From contig JAYWIR010000028.1 of NCBI GenBank assembly GCA_036172245.1, positions 2,914,001 through 2,967,228 of the forward strand: 53,228 bases of DNA, written 5' to 3'. The translations under genes and the position numbers were made by a program. Positions 13,389 to 26,414 of this stretch are shown piece by piece (the first letter of the stretch is position 1; every line of letters begins with the position of its first letter). This DNA comes from Raillietiella orientalis (lineage: Eukaryota). Under the pieces are notes generated by a model, which searched no databases, was not told the origin of the DNA, and saw nothing but the letters and a program-made list of their open reading frames with translations.

Positions 13389-14748
13389 CTACGGACACGG
13401 AGGTGCGTTCCTCGCCCCGTCCGGCGAGGCATCAGCCGGGAGCACGGCGGATGAGGTAGCGCAAGCGCTTCCTGTCCCTGCCGCGCCGCTCGCGGCCGGC
13501 TCGGTGGAGTCGGGGACCATTGCCTCGGGCTCCGAGGAGCATCGGGAACCGTTCCCGGCATCAGGCTCTTGCCTGGCAAGTTTTGGCTTGCGCGCAGCCC
13601 TGGCCTTGACTGGGGCTTGGCGAGCCTTAGCGCTGCCCTCGGACTCGACCTCGGAGTCCGAATTGCGCGTGCGTGGCGGGCGTTTCGCATGCCTGTTTTT
13701 TTTTTGCTGGCAGCCCGGAGCTGGTCCAGCACGCTTAGAGGGTGCCTTCGTCGCCGATCCCCCTTTCGGGGTCACGGCTTCGGCGGCTCCCCTCTCGCCG
13801 CGGGTGTTTGCGGCGGCGCGCGCGGTGGCAGCAGAGGCTTTTCCTTGCGCCTTTCTGGGCGCGCGGGGTTGCCTCTTCACCCCGCCTACCTTTTTGATCG
13901 GGAAGTGGGAAGGATCGCGCGGTTAGCGCTCCTTCTTTCCCCCGACGAAGGTCCAGCCATCCTCGCCGCCTTCCTGTTTGCCTCGGTTAGGCGCGAGGGC
14001 TTCCAGGGTCCTTCGCATCCTTCCCAAGGCCTCGGACACGGCGATGGAGGCCAGTGTCTCCTTCGCCACGTCTGCCTTCTGCACCTCCTTACCGGAAGGT
14101 GCGGGCAGAGTGGCGGGATTCTCGGAAGTCGCGCGAGGCTTTTCGGCCTTTGCTGGCGTTCGGCCCGCCGTGGCCGGCTTGCCTGTCGCGAGCAAAGGGG
14201 CGCGCGACCCCTTTTTCGACGCTTCGGTGGTCTTCCCGGGCGTGCCACCGCTATTTCGCTCCGGAGCGAGAGCGGACGGAAGCGGCTGTTTTGCAGCCTG
14301 CCCGATGTTATCGGCGGGCTGGGTCGCTCGGGGCTTTACTGAGGCAGCTTGGAGAAGCTCCTTGTCCTTCGCGCGGGTTTTTGTAAAGCATTGCTCCGAA
14401 AATCGCCCGCGCAAGCGGACTTTTCACTTTTCCGCTGCGAATCCTCGTTCGCGCCGGATTTCTACCCCGACGACGGGGCGGATGGAGTCGGCGCGGACGG
14501 CGATGTTGCGGAAAGGTTTCTCGCCCTCCTCTTTCGTTTTAGCTCGGCGCACTCGTTAATCGAGTGGCCAAGCAGCTTACAGTATCGGCAACTGCGTGTT
14601 GGGCACTTCCGCGGACGATGGCCCTCCTTCCCGCAGTTGCCGCAAGCTGGGGTTTGCCCGGCAAACCGGAGATATACGACGACGTCACCGAGGACGATCT
14701 GCGAAGGCATGAGCCTCCGGTCGTCCATGGTGACGCGTGCCGTCGCGA
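13389..14748 (-). pseudogene. Partial ORF1 of E6 (two zinc knuckles and low-complexity C-terminus)
   Basis: ORFs 14462-14728, 13923-14414 and 13389-13880 are homologous to ORF1 of E10. Confidence 0.8.
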
Positions 14749-16603
14749 TTCACACCCGGATGTTTCGGGGCATTTATTTCTTTGAAATAAAAATACATGA
14801 AATGTCGCGTGGCGAACTCGGAGGTTCACCACTGCAAAACAGCTTGCTGGTTACCGGCTCCATGCCGGAGAGGTCCTTCCGATGCGCGGGGATGGGAAAT
14901 AAAGAAAAACAAAAAGAAACAAAAAGCTCAAATGTGGGGGAGAACAAATGTTGTAGGGGTGGGAGGGCGGGAAAGGGATCACGGTGCGCGTGGAAAGGTC
15001 CTCTAGATCCTAATCAGGATCCGCACAAGCTGAGTCCTTTCAGCACCCAAGTGGCGCCACTTGCAGACACTGCGCGCGTAAAGGCGAGTCGAGTGTAAGG
15101 CGTTGCCGGTTGGCTGACGCCTTCTTCTGGTGGCGTTCCAAGCCGCCACTATTCCTCTGATGCAGCAGAGAACTGCTACACTAGCGGGCGGGGACAAGGC
15201 GTCACTACAGAAGAGGCGCCTGAAAACGTCCTTTGGGCAGCATCCGCGCAAGTGCAGGATCCCCGCGAGACGATCCCACAAAAAGCGGAGGGCGCTACAC
15301 TCAAGGAGAAGGTAAGGGAATGTTTCTTTTTCCCCACACCGGTCACAATTGGGATCCACAGCCCCCCGGGTTGTGTGGTGCAGGCGTGCTTTGAATAATA
15401 ATCCCCAGAGTACCACAAGCAACGCTACATTCCGCCATTTCAATGGGAGAGAGGCACTGTTCCAGGACGCTAGTGGACACTTGATCTCCTCCGGAGATAG
15501 TCCGAGTAGCTCGCCCCAGCGTCGAATTCCGTTTGGCGGGACACTCGGCGTCGCAGCGTCAGCTAGCTGCCGAGATGTCCACGCCTTTATCGATTGTGTC
15601 CTGCCGCCTATAGTGCAGGACACGGTCCATTTCCCCTGCTCGCTACTGTCGCTGGCATTCACAAGGAAGGGCAGCACTGGGGCGAGGGGGGTTATCAAGG
15701 CCCACAGAAGCTTGTCGTGGGACTGCACGATCTTCTGCAGCGTCCAGCGGGCGTGCCTTTTCATACAAGTGTTCCTTGTGCCCGCCGGAACGTGGATCTT
15801 TTCCCAGGTGGAGACTGATTCGTGCAACCAAGCGGAGTAGTTTCCTAGGAGGCAGGAGATCCAGGCGTTCTCCCGGACCGCAACAAAGATGCGTCGCAGC
15901 ATAGAACCACAGTATGCTCTTCTGCAGACGCGCGCAGACAGAAACGACAAAAGTCCGCCGATTCCACAGGCTCGTTGGGCCAGGAGGCGTGCTGGAACGC
16001 ACCAAGGCGTGTCCCACAATTCGGCCGCGAGGGCGAGAGTCCTGCATCTAAGTGGCAGTTCCATGCGCTCCAGCGTAAGTACGCCAAGTCCACCGTCCTT
16101 ACGTGGAGCGCACAAGTCTTTGAGCCTCACACGGGACCTCCCTTTGCCCCAAAAAACTGTCCTCAGGAGGCCCGCTGCTCGTTTCCGAATAAAATAAGGG
16201 GCGGGGCAAACAAAAAGTAGGGGGAGAAGCAGGGGAGCCGCAAACGCGTTCCACATCGCGGCCCGTTCCTGCAAGAAGAACTTGCCTTCTTGGAACGGAC
16301 CGATCGCCAACGCTGCCTTTTGGAGACGGTCGGACCAGGCATCTGCTGCGCAGAAGTCCCCCAACGGAGTGCCAAGGTACTTGATGCATCTGCCCGTGGG
16401 GATCCCCAAGCGGATCTAGTCCGACCGTCCAGCCCACGCCGAACCGACAAAGACCATCGACGACTTCGCCCTGTTCACCTACAGGCCCGTCCCGCGGCGC
16501 AGCAACTCGAAGAATTCCTCGAGCGCACACGCCGGGGTGGAACCGGGAAGCAGCAGCAGAAGATCGTCTGCATAGGCCGACCCGAAAGGCGTGCCGGCGA
16601 GTC
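14749..16603 (-). mobile_element. E7: subfamily D LINE 3' fragment (RT from YADD to the end, plus 3'UTR)
   Basis: SAYADD at ~16565-16580. ORF 15003-16409 has KYLGTPLG and CDRCGEKETFPYLLLEC. The element ends AATAAATGCCCCGAAACATCCGGGTGTG. Confidence 0.9.
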
Positions 16604-17638
16604 CTTCCCCACAAACTGGTGGTCGGCGAAGAAAGCGTCGACCTCTGGTATGTGGGGAAGCCCAAATACTGTGGCTTCTGCAACACGTCGGGACACCTCA
16701 AAAGGAGGTGCCCCAACGTACAGTGCCTGGTATGCGGGACAATGGGCCACGCGAAGGAAGTGTGTCCACAATCCGCTGTGCGCGTGGTTTCCGCGAGGAA
16801 CCTAAAAAAACGCGCGCGGCTGCTACAGAAAAAACTGGCGGCGAAGGCTGCCGCTCAAGCTGTGCCACCCACTCCCGTGGTCCAGGCCTCAGCCGACACC
16901 CCGGCAACGAATGCCGAAAAGATCGAGAAAAGCGGTCAGGTGTCGGAATGGCAAGAAGTCACAGCGAAAAAGGAAAAAAAGTCGAAGAAAGAACGACGAA
17001 TTGAAAAAAAGCTCGCCTACCAAAATAAAAAACAGCAGGTTAGCGAGAATTTAAAAGAATGCAGCGTCGTCGTGGAACGCGTCCCCGCCGAACGCCGCAA
17101 GGTAGAAATCGCTGCTACCGACGAGCAACCCACTGTTGAAAATGTCAACAGCGTGGGGAGCGAACCGGCGGAAGCGTCCGTCATCGAGACCGTGATCGAT
17201 GACGCCGCCTTCGAGCGTGCGGCGGAGGAGCTGGCTGCATCGTTGCAGCCAGACCCCTCCAAGGCTGGCAAAAAGGCAGTGAGGCGTCCGGCCTCCACCG
17301 AGGAGTCGGTAACTTCCGACCCCGAAGCGCAGGCCGGAAACCAAGTTTCCATCTCCGCGGCACCCCGCCGGAAGGCTGGAAGGAAGTCCAGCAAACCCCG
17401 GAAAGCCCCTCTCCAGGCCGAAGGCGTGGAGATGACTTCCGACTGCGAGGGTGCCATGAGCGTGGGAGAATCCCGGGAATCGTCACCCGAGAGACCACCA
17501 CGCACAGACACGGAGGAGATGGAGGGGGTTGAAGCCGGAAAGGTACCCAAGGTGCCTGAGGAGGCTGAAACCCTAATGGTCATCTCACCCGCCTCGGAAG
17601 AGGCGGGTTCCCCCACACCGTCATCTTCCCGGCAGTAA
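16604..17638 (+). pseudogene. ORF1 of E8 (5'-truncated nucleic-acid-binding protein with two CCHC knuckles)
   Basis: CGFCNTSGHLKRRC and CLVCGTMGHAKEVC; stop codon TAA at 17636-17638. Confidence 0.88.
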
Positions 17639-20600
17639 TGCCGCGAATCTCCTCCCGCCGTCGTCTGCGCATCGCCGTTTGGAACGTGAACGGCATGACA
17701 GACGCCGGTAGGAGACGAGACATGGCCGCCATTCTAGGATCGTTCGACCTTGTGCTGCTGCAGGAGATCGATGTGATCTCTGCAGAACAAGCGCAGGAGA
17801 TCGAACGCATCTACGGAGGGCTGCTGTGGTACCGGTGTGGAACATCGAGAAGTTGTGGTGTCGCCTACCTGCTTCGGCCCGCCATCGAGGCCGCCGCCCG
17901 TGGAGTTCGGTTCGACGATCACGGTCGTGTCGGCCAGCTGACTCTCAGTTGGTCCGACTCGATCGACCTGATCCTTACGAACGTTTACGCCCCAAGCGGA
18001 GCGGACCTGACGAACAGGAGGGCCAGGAAAAAATTTTTCCTTGCCCTCCATCGCGACTGGTTGACCGAGGCAGGCGTGCGGAATGCCCATCTGGTTGCAG
18101 GCGATTTTAACGTTCGTCTGAAACTGGATGGGCCGAATCACGAGCGTGACCTGGTCAACGAGGTGTGCGCGGCGGTGCACACTTGTAATTTGTTGGCCAG
18201 TGTACCAGGGATGGAGGACAACATCGATCACGTGTTCCTTAACGAGCACCTGTGCACTCGTGTGGGCAGGCGCTGCAAGTTGCCGTGCGAGTTGTCCGAC
18301 CATCGACCAATCGTGATTGAAATCCATCCGCACGACAGGGGCCCCCCTCGTCAGCGTGGCGTTTGCCAGGGGACTGGCTGAAGCTCCAGGACGCGACGGA
18401 ACATCTCCGTACGTTTATACGGAGCTTTAGGATGCAGACACTTCAGGATTGGGACCGCTTCAAACGGTCGGTCCAGGAGTTCTGCGACCAGTTCCCTCTG
18501 CACCGCCTACCTGCGGGATTTTGGGACGGGGTTCGTAACGAACGAGCCTATCTGCAGGCTCGCCGTTACGCCAGGACACCCGACATCCGCAGGCTGGCGG
18601 AATACAAAGCGGGAGCCGAGAGGCAAGCCTGGCAGTCAGGATCGGCCAGCTTGCTGGACGATCAGGGTTAGGAGCATTCGGCACCCGCTTAGATCCGCGG
18701 TCTGCTGCGGCGTTTTCACTCCTCCCTGTACGCAAGAACGCCTCCTGAGCGGGATTTCTCACGAATCCTGCTTCCGGAAGACGCTCCTGCGATCGGGGAA
18801 GAGGAGAAAAGGTCCCTCGACGAGTCTTTCACGATGGGCGAGATCATCTCGGCCATCGGAAAGCTCAAGAGGCGAAAGGCTCCAGGGGAGGACGGCCTGT
18901 CCGCGGAGTTTTATCAAACTTTCGCGGCTGAGCTAACTCCCCTGGTACATCAACTCACCTAGCTGATACGCGAGACAGGTGACGTTCCCGCCTCGTTTCG
19001 TTCGGCAAAGGTGCGGCTTCTCCCTAAGGAAGGAGATCTGAGGAGCATGAACAACTGGCCTCCCATCACAATAGTGAATGCGGATTCGAAGTTGATAGCT
19101 AAGGTTTAAGCTGAGCGTTTGGGACGGGTTGCAAACGCCTTCATCAGCCCGGAACAGAGGTATGCTGTTCCGGGGCGAAGCATGGAGGCGAACCTGTTCC
19201 ACGCTTCCACCTGGCTAGGGCTCCAACACGAAAGGGGCTTGATGCGCACGGGGTATTCCGGTGAGTCCGTCAGTCATGCGACGGATGGTCGGATGGGGGG
19301 GGGAGCACTTGCGGTCGCTGTCGACTTGCGTAAAGCATTCGAAAGCGTCGACCAGAATCTCCTGCTGGAGCTTTTGGAACGCTTGCGCTTCCCGGCCTCA
19401 TTATTGGCCTATTTGCGCTCCAGCTAGCGTGAGTCGCTAATCAATCTTACTTTCAGCGGGCAGACTGTTCACGGCGTTCCGGTGCGACGTGAGATACGGC
19501 AGGGAGACAGCCTGAGCCCCTTGCTCTTCATTACCTACTTTGAGTTGATACTGAAAGCGTACAGGGAAGCTCTGGCGCACCTGCCTCATGAATGCGCCGG
19601 AAGGCCTGCGGTTTCAGCATATGCGGACGACCTCCTGCTACTGCTCCTTATGTCCACCCCGGCTTCGGCGGTCGAGAAGTTCTTCGACCTGCTGAATCGA
19701 GGAACCGGGCTTACGGTGAACAGGGCGAAGTCGTCCGTGATGCCAGTTGGTGCGGCGTGGGCAGGGCAGCAGGACTGGGTCCGTTTGGGGATCCCCACGG
19801 TGAGGTACTTCAAGTACCTTGGTGTGCCGTTGGGGGACTACTCCCCTGCGGAAGCGTGGTCCGGCTGCCTTCAAAAAGTAGAGACGCCTATCGGCCCGTT
19901 CCGAGGCGGCAGGTTTTTCCTGCCTGAACGGGCCGCGGTTTGGAACATGTTCGCGGCTCCTCTCCTCCGTTCCCTGCTTTTTGTTTGCCCCCCCACAGAG
20001 AGGATTAAAAAGCGGACGAAGGACCTCCTCCGTATCGCCCTTTGGGGCAACGGGAGGGCCCGAGTCCGCTTGAAGGACTTGTGCACTCCGCGTCGGGACG
20101 GTGGTCTCGGCCTCCTGACATTGAAGCGGCTGGAGCCGCAGCTCCAGTTCCGGATTTTGGCACTTGTGCCGGAGTTGTGGTGCACCTGTTGGTGCGTCCC
20201 TGCACGTCTCCTCCTTCAGCAAGCCACCGGCAAGACGGGACTTACGTCGTTTCTTGCACTCCATCGAAGCCGCATCAACCGATGTGGGCTTCAGCAACGG
20301 AGGGTGGCTGCGCTGGCAAGGAAAAATCAAGGATGGATCACCTGTCTCCCCGCGAACGGTAGTGCCTGGTTGCAGGAAACTGTTCGCACGTGGGGACAGT
20401 TCGGCATGCAACGCTCCCATCAGGAACGAAGGTTCCTGTTTGGGTGTTAAAGAAGTTGCACGCTCCCTGAGATCCTGAAGGATCCTAAGAAGAGAGCGTG
20501 GTCAGGAAGAACCCCCCTCGCTGCTGCGCTGGACTCCCTAGTGAAACATCAGGACAGCGATGTTGCGGAGAAGTGGGAGGTTACAATAAAAATCCCCGGG

Positions 20601-21221
20601 AAGGATGAGAAGCAGAGAGAGTGGAAGACGGGCCAGCTAACTGATGCTGCGACCCCGAGTAAGCCTCCTAATAGACTTCTGCGCTGGGGAGCGCTGCTGG
20701 ATGTTCCGATTGAACATCTGAAGTGGCCCCCGATTCTTATGAACACTTCCATCCTCCCCCTAAAATGGCAAGAGTCGGCATTCCTGTTGCAGCACTGGGG
20801 ACTCCCCTGCAACGCCCGTCGACACCACTGGACCTGGGGAGCGGTGGATCCCAATTGTGTAAGGTGCGGGGAACGGGAGTCCCTCCCCCACCTCCTAGTG
20901 GATTGTGTTGCCCTTCGGCCCCTTTGGTTCCGCTTTGCCGCGGCCATCGGTATCCCTTGCGGCAACCCCAGGGACGCACTAAAAGCCTTCTTCGTTGCCG
21001 ACGCCCTGCGGCCAGCGTCCTCGATAGCAGCCTTGTGCTGCCTTCGTGGGATCGTCGCCGCCTGGAGCACGGCGACGGGAGGACCTAGCGATATGGACGC
21101 CATCCAGTGCGCCCCCCAATTCCTGAGGAGGGCGTCGCGATGGCCCCACCTAGATGTTCATAACAAACAAGAGGTTGTCAGCATCCTGAGAGGGATGATG
21201 CGGCCCCAGCAGCATCAGTAA
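17638..21221 (+). pseudogene. ORF2 of E8 (endonuclease, RT, Cys domain) with a frameshift and stops
   Basis: WNVNG, LQE, NVYAP, GDFN, IDH, SDH; DLRKAFESV, IRQGDSLSP, YADD; CVRCGERESLPHLLVDC. Confidence 0.92.
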
Positions 21222-21306
21222 TCCCTTCTTGTTCCCTCCCACCCTTTGTTTCTTTTTGTTTAGTTTTTTTGTTTTTCCCCTTTCCCCTGCTGCCTTCGTG
21301 GACCGT

Positions 21307-21438
21307 ACCGGTCTAGAAACCGGTGAATTGGCAGGCTCCGTGGTTCTTAGCTTCTGGCTGGAGCATTGCCACAGCCATTAATACTTACTTTATAAAGTTT
21401 ATTTTTTAATAAACGACCCGGAGAAATCCGGGTGAAAA
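21307..21438 (+). other. Representative LINE 3'-terminal module: upstream hairpin, AATAAA, terminal hairpin, four A
   Basis: ACCGGT-CTAGAA-ACCGGT (21307-21324), AATAAA (21408-21413), ACCCGGA-GAAA-TCCGGGT. Homologous terminal modules occur at twelve other element ends. Confidence 0.75.
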
Positions 21439-22850
21439 TCGACCGCCTTGTCCGCTCTAGGGCGGACGTGTTTGATCGGTGCTCCTCGTGCCAAGAAGTC
21501 TCCCCCAGTGTAAGCGTTGTGTGGTTCGGTGGTCGATCAGACAGCGATGCCTGACGCGACCACCAGGGATGGCCAGGGGGCAGCGGAAACGCCGCCCCCG
21601 GAGGCGATGGAGAGCCATGAAGCGGCGGCAAGGTCGCCCTAGAGGCAATGGAGGTGAAGGCATCCGCTCTTACAGAATCGGTCCCCGCTGCAAAGCGGGC
21701 GTGGAGCGCCGTTGTGTCGGCGCCATCGCCTGCAGCCGCGGCGGAATTGTCGGCCTATGTAGAGAAGGGGTACAACCCCTCATTGTTCTACAAGGGAGGC
21801 AACCTTTATTCTTTAGAGAGCGCGCGCGCCTTTTCGAAGGGCATGCGCGCTCTCGATGTAAAAGAGGATCTCAGCGCTATGACCATCCGCAGCGGGGGTC
21901 AGTACGTTGAGGTCATCTGCAAACATGCAGAGCTGGCACAACGACTGCTTCAAGCCATCTTTGTGATATGGACGCGTAGGCTCCTCCAGTCTACGGCCGA
22001 CCGCAGCATGGTGGTCCACCTGTTAAGCGTAACCGCGCGAATGCGCAAAGTACAGGTTCGCGCCGCTCTGGAACAGTTCGGAACGGTCCACGCGCAGTGG
22101 ACGAAAGTTAGTCCTTTCCAGAACCACAAGGGACTGCAACACGGCCTCACGAATGCGCGCGTGACCGTTCGGGAGGCCTGCGCTCTTCCCCACAAACTGG
22201 TGGTCAAAGGCGAAACCGTCGAACTCTGATATGTAAAAAAGCCGAAATACTGTGGCTTCTGCAATACGTCGGGCCACCTCAAAAAAAGGTGTCCCAACGT
22301 GCAGTGACAAGAATGCGGCACAATGGGGCACAGGAGGGAGGTGTGCCCAAAAGCAGCAGTGCAGGTGGTTTCCAAGAGAAACCTTAAAAAACGCGCCCGG
22401 CTTCTGCAAAAAAGGCTGGCGGCGAAAGCTTCCGCGAAGGCTGTGCCACCCGCGCCCAAGACCCAGGCCGCACCCGAGACTTCGGCGACCAACGCCGAAA
22501 GAGTTGAGGTAGCCGGCCAGGAGACTGGGTGGCAATTGGCAACGACCATAAAATCAAAGAAGGAGAGGAGATTAGAGAAAAAGCTCGCGTACCGCCAGAA
22601 AAAACAGCAGGCATTTGAGCAGATAAAAGAATGCAGCGTTGTCGTTTATTACCCGGTTGCGCCGGGACGTTTATTATAACATCAACTGGGAACTGTGTTC
22701 CCAGGCAAGGGGAACAGAAAATGGGGAGTAGATTTCCTGGAACGCAGTCCGGGCACACTGAGAGTTCGGAACGGGATGGGGTGGGACAATAAATAAATAA
22801 ACTGGGTGGGGAGGCGAGGACAGGGGTATACCGTCTAACCGTTCCTATTC

Positions 22851-25800
22851 TCAGAACCGGCGGTGAATGCCGCCGATCTCCGTCCTCACTTCTGCTCCAA
22901 GATGTGGCCACCCGGAAGCCATTTGCAGGTTGCAGGCTGCGGTGTCGGGGACCGATGTTGGGACTGCTCGCATCTGCAATACGTGGCGGGCCCTGACAAT
23001 GGCGCGAACGCAGCAGATGATTGCGACGACCGCTCCAAGAGAAAGTCCGCCACGCGTGTAGAAGCGGCGCATCCAATCCAGTGAGGTGTGTCGAGGGTGC
23101 AGGAGCGCTGAAGACAGCCGCTGCCACAGCTCCTGCAAGGCACCGCACTCAAACAGCAAATGCGGAAGCGATTCCACCGTTCCGCATTTGGCACAGTTCG
23201 GGGACGCAACTCCCCCGGAAATCAGGTGCGCCCGCTGGTTGCAGTACAAACCCCAATGCACCAGCAGAAAAGTGTCCTGCTCCCACCGAAGGGGGAAGAG
23301 AGTCGCGTCCAAACACGCAGAAGGGACCACAAGTTCATCGGTGGGCACCCCGAGGAGCTCACTCCACCGGAGAAGCCCCTTTGCAAGAATGCGAGGTGTG
23401 GCAGCGTCTGCCACTTCGCAAGTCCGCCAGCCGCCTAGCAGTCGGGTTTCGCCTGCGATTTCGCAAGTGATCTCCCACCTCGCCGGCAGGTCACTGTCAT
23501 CTCGCACCATCAGTGCACACAGTGCTTCGGCGAGTGGCGTAGCGGCTAGGCGTGTCCACTGGTCCTGGTCTTCCAGCACCTCCCCCACTGGACAGTATGG
23601 GGAAAGTTTCACGCAACGGAGTTCCAAACGGGACACATCCTGTTGCGCTGCCCAGGACGATAAGGCTTCCTGCCTCCAGGCGTTGAAGTTCGTCGGCCGG
23701 CAGGAGATCCACTCATGCTTTCCCAGAAGCGCGGCGAGCTGCTTCAAAGGGAAGCCGAATCCTCTCTGGGCGCGCTCCGTGCGCAGATGCAACGAACGTA
23801 GTCCGTCGCCACCCGTGCTTCGCCGCAGCAGCAGCCGCGCTGGAGCACACCAGGGAGTAGTCCAGAGCTGCGCACAAAGTGCCAGCATGCGGAACTGCAC
23901 TAGCAGTCCGATCCGCTCCAGCGTCAGGATGCCCAATCCTGCATCCCGCCGAGGAGCCGCCAAGTCCTTCAGGCGTATCCTGGACCTCGCCGGTCCCCAC
24001 AGGGCGTTACGCAACAGGCGTTGCGCCCGGCGCTTAGCCGAGTAGGGAGGGGGACAAACAAAAAAGAGGGGACGGAGGAGGGGGGCAACGAAAATGTTCC
24101 ACACGAAGGCCCGTTCCGACAGGAGAAACCTGCCGCCTTGGAACGGGCCCAGAGCAGTCTTGGCCTTGTGAAGGCAGTCCGACCACGCTTCTGCTGGACA
24201 GAAGGCGCCCAAGGGAACGCCGAGGTACTTCAAGCACCTGCCCGTGGGGATCCCCAGGCGGATCCAGTCGGACTGCCCCTCCCACGTAGAGCCAACCGGT
24301 ACAACGGTTGATTTCGTCCTGTTCACGCTCAGGCCCGCTCCCCGACGAATGAGCTCGAAGAAGTCCTCGAGCCTGGACGCCGGGGTGGACATGGGCAGCA
24401 GCAGGAGAAGGTCGTCCGCATAGGCGGCCACGGCCGGTGTTCCCGGGCAGGAGCTCGGCAGGTTGGCCAGCGTCAGCCTGTACGCCCTCAGCACCAACTC
24501 AAAGAAGATGCTGAAGAGCAGGGGGCTTAAGCTGTCTCCCTGCCTGATACCCCGCCGTATGGGAACACCGTACACGTGACGCCCGCTGAAAGAGATACAG
24601 CATAACGCGTGGCGCCAGCAGGAGCGCAAGTAGGCGATGAGGTGCGTCGGGAGGCCTAGGCGTCCCAGAAGCTCCAGAAGGAGGTCCTGGTTTACGCTGT
24701 CGAACGCTTTGCAGAGATCAACGGCGACCGCTAAGGCTCCCGGCGTTCCATCGTGCCTTGAACACCGCCGCTTTCCTTGGGCAGCGGCGATTTCGGCTGC
24801 CTGGCTCTGCTGCGCTACGCGCTGCTGCAACTCGAACCATGTTCGCGCGAAGAAGAGATTCGCGTCCATGGACCGCCCCGGAACAGCATACGTCTGCTCC
24901 GGACTTACCAAGGACTCTGCGATTCTCCCCAGGCGCGCGACCCATAGCCTGGAGAACAACTTGACGTCCAAATTCACCAATGTGATCGGACGTCAGTTGC
25001 TGAGGTGGCGCAAATCACCGCCTTTCGGCAGGAGCCGCACCTTTGCTGAGCGGAAAGAAGCGGGAACATCTCCCGTCTCACGCATCAGCGAGGAAAGGCT
25101 TAGCACCAGGGGGACGAGCTCCGCCGCGAAGCACTGGAAGAACTCCGCGGGCAGGCCATCCTCCCTAGGCGCCTTACGCCTCTTCAGGCCCGCTATGGCA
25201 AAAGATACTTCTTCCGCCGTGAAGGGCCAATCCAATCTGGCGCGTTCCTCCTCGTCGATAGCAGGGTTGCCCGTCGGAAGAAGCAGCTCGGAGAGACTGC
25301 GTTCCGTGGGCTCCTCCGCATACAACGAGGAGTAGTAGCGCTTGACTACGCGGTGTACTTCGGCTGCAGCCGAGCATTCCTGGCCTGCGTCATCGAGCAG
25401 ACAAGCCGCTCCAGACTGTCAAACCTGGCGCTCGGCCCTGGCCTTATACTCCGCCAGACGCCGGACGTCCGGGCATCGTGAAAAGGTACGCGCCTGCAGA
25501 TAGGATCTGCTGTTCTCGACACCCTCCCCGAAGCCGCGGGGAAGCAGGTGCAAGGGGAACCGGCAGCAGAACTCGCGGACCGATGTTTTCAGATCGTCCC
25601 AGTCCTCGAGTTCACGGATGGCGAAGCCCCGGAGGTGTTGGCGAAGATGCTCCGCCGCCTCCGAATTGCTAAGCCAGTCGGCCGGCAACCTCCAGACATT
25701 CATCGGAGGCCCTTTGCCAGGCGGGAGGAGCTCGAACTCCAGTCTAGGATGATCCGAAATCGCGGACAGCAGGCGCCCTCTCCGACCTACTCGTGAGAGC

Positions 25801-26414
25801 AGGTGTTCATCGAGGAACGCATGGTCCGGCGATCTCTCCATCCCGGGCTCACCAGCAAGCAAGTTTTGCACGCGCACGGACGCGCATACCTCGCTCACCA
25901 GTTGCTTCTCCCTCAAGCGGCATCTCTCCTCTGTTAGCAGGTGGACGTTGAAGTCTCCTGCAAGGAGGTGCGCCACGTTAGGGCCGGAGTCAGCGAGCCA
26001 GCGGCTGCGCAGGCCACCCAGGAATGCAAGTCGCTGGGCGTAATGCCGGCCGCCGCTCGGCGCGTAGATGTTCGTAACGACCAGGTCGATCGATTCGGAC
26101 CACTTGAGGACAAGTTGGCCCACACGACCTTCCTCGTCGAAACAAACGTTCCGCACCGCCTCCGCCACGCTGCCTCGGACGAGGAACGCGACTCCGCACG
26201 TGTGCGCGGAGCCTTGCCGCCAGTGTAGCGTCCCGCCCGCGCGCTCTTCCAGATCCGATGCCTGCCGTACGGAGATGCTATGTATCTCCTGCAGCAGCAC
26301 CAGATCGAACGCGCGCAAAGCGTTGGCTACCGTCCGCCTTTTGTCAGCATCACGTAGCCCGTTGACATTCCAACAGGCCACGCTGACGCGACGAGCGGAC
26401 GCGAGTCCACGCAT
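22851..26414 (-). pseudogene. ORF2 of E10 (1188 codons including the stop; endonuclease, RT, Cys domain), one frame with internal stops
   Basis: ORFs 25419-26429, 24993-25325 and 22851-24980 share a frame. The stops at 25419 and 24993 replace Trp codons. All motifs are present. Confidence 0.93.

Larger units (their letters stand above)
9591..14748 (-). mobile_element. E6: subfamily B LINE (3' part of ORF1, whole disrupted ORF2, 3'UTR)
   Basis: ORF1 knuckles CGNCGKEGHRPRKC and CRYCKLLGHSINEC, all ORF2 domains, and the terminal AATAAA-hairpin at 9619-9591. Confidence 0.93.
16604..21438 (+). mobile_element. E8: subfamily A LINE, 5'-truncated in ORF1 and complete to the 3' end
   Basis: ORF1 fragment, TAATG junction, all ORF2 domains, U-rich 3'UTR, and AATAAACGACCCGGAGAAATCCGGGTGAAAA at 21408-21438. 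Confidence 0.93.

Noticed and set aside
5662..16603. Telomeric HeT-A/TART-like head-to-tail array
   Set aside because: Both orientations occur, internal TSD-flanked inserts exist, and there are no telomeric repeats or long A tails.
21408..21438. Terminal hairpins as rho-independent terminators or histone stem-loops
   Set aside because: The context is eukaryotic, the hairpins sit at LINE 3' ends after AATAAA, and they do not match the histone stem-loop consensus.
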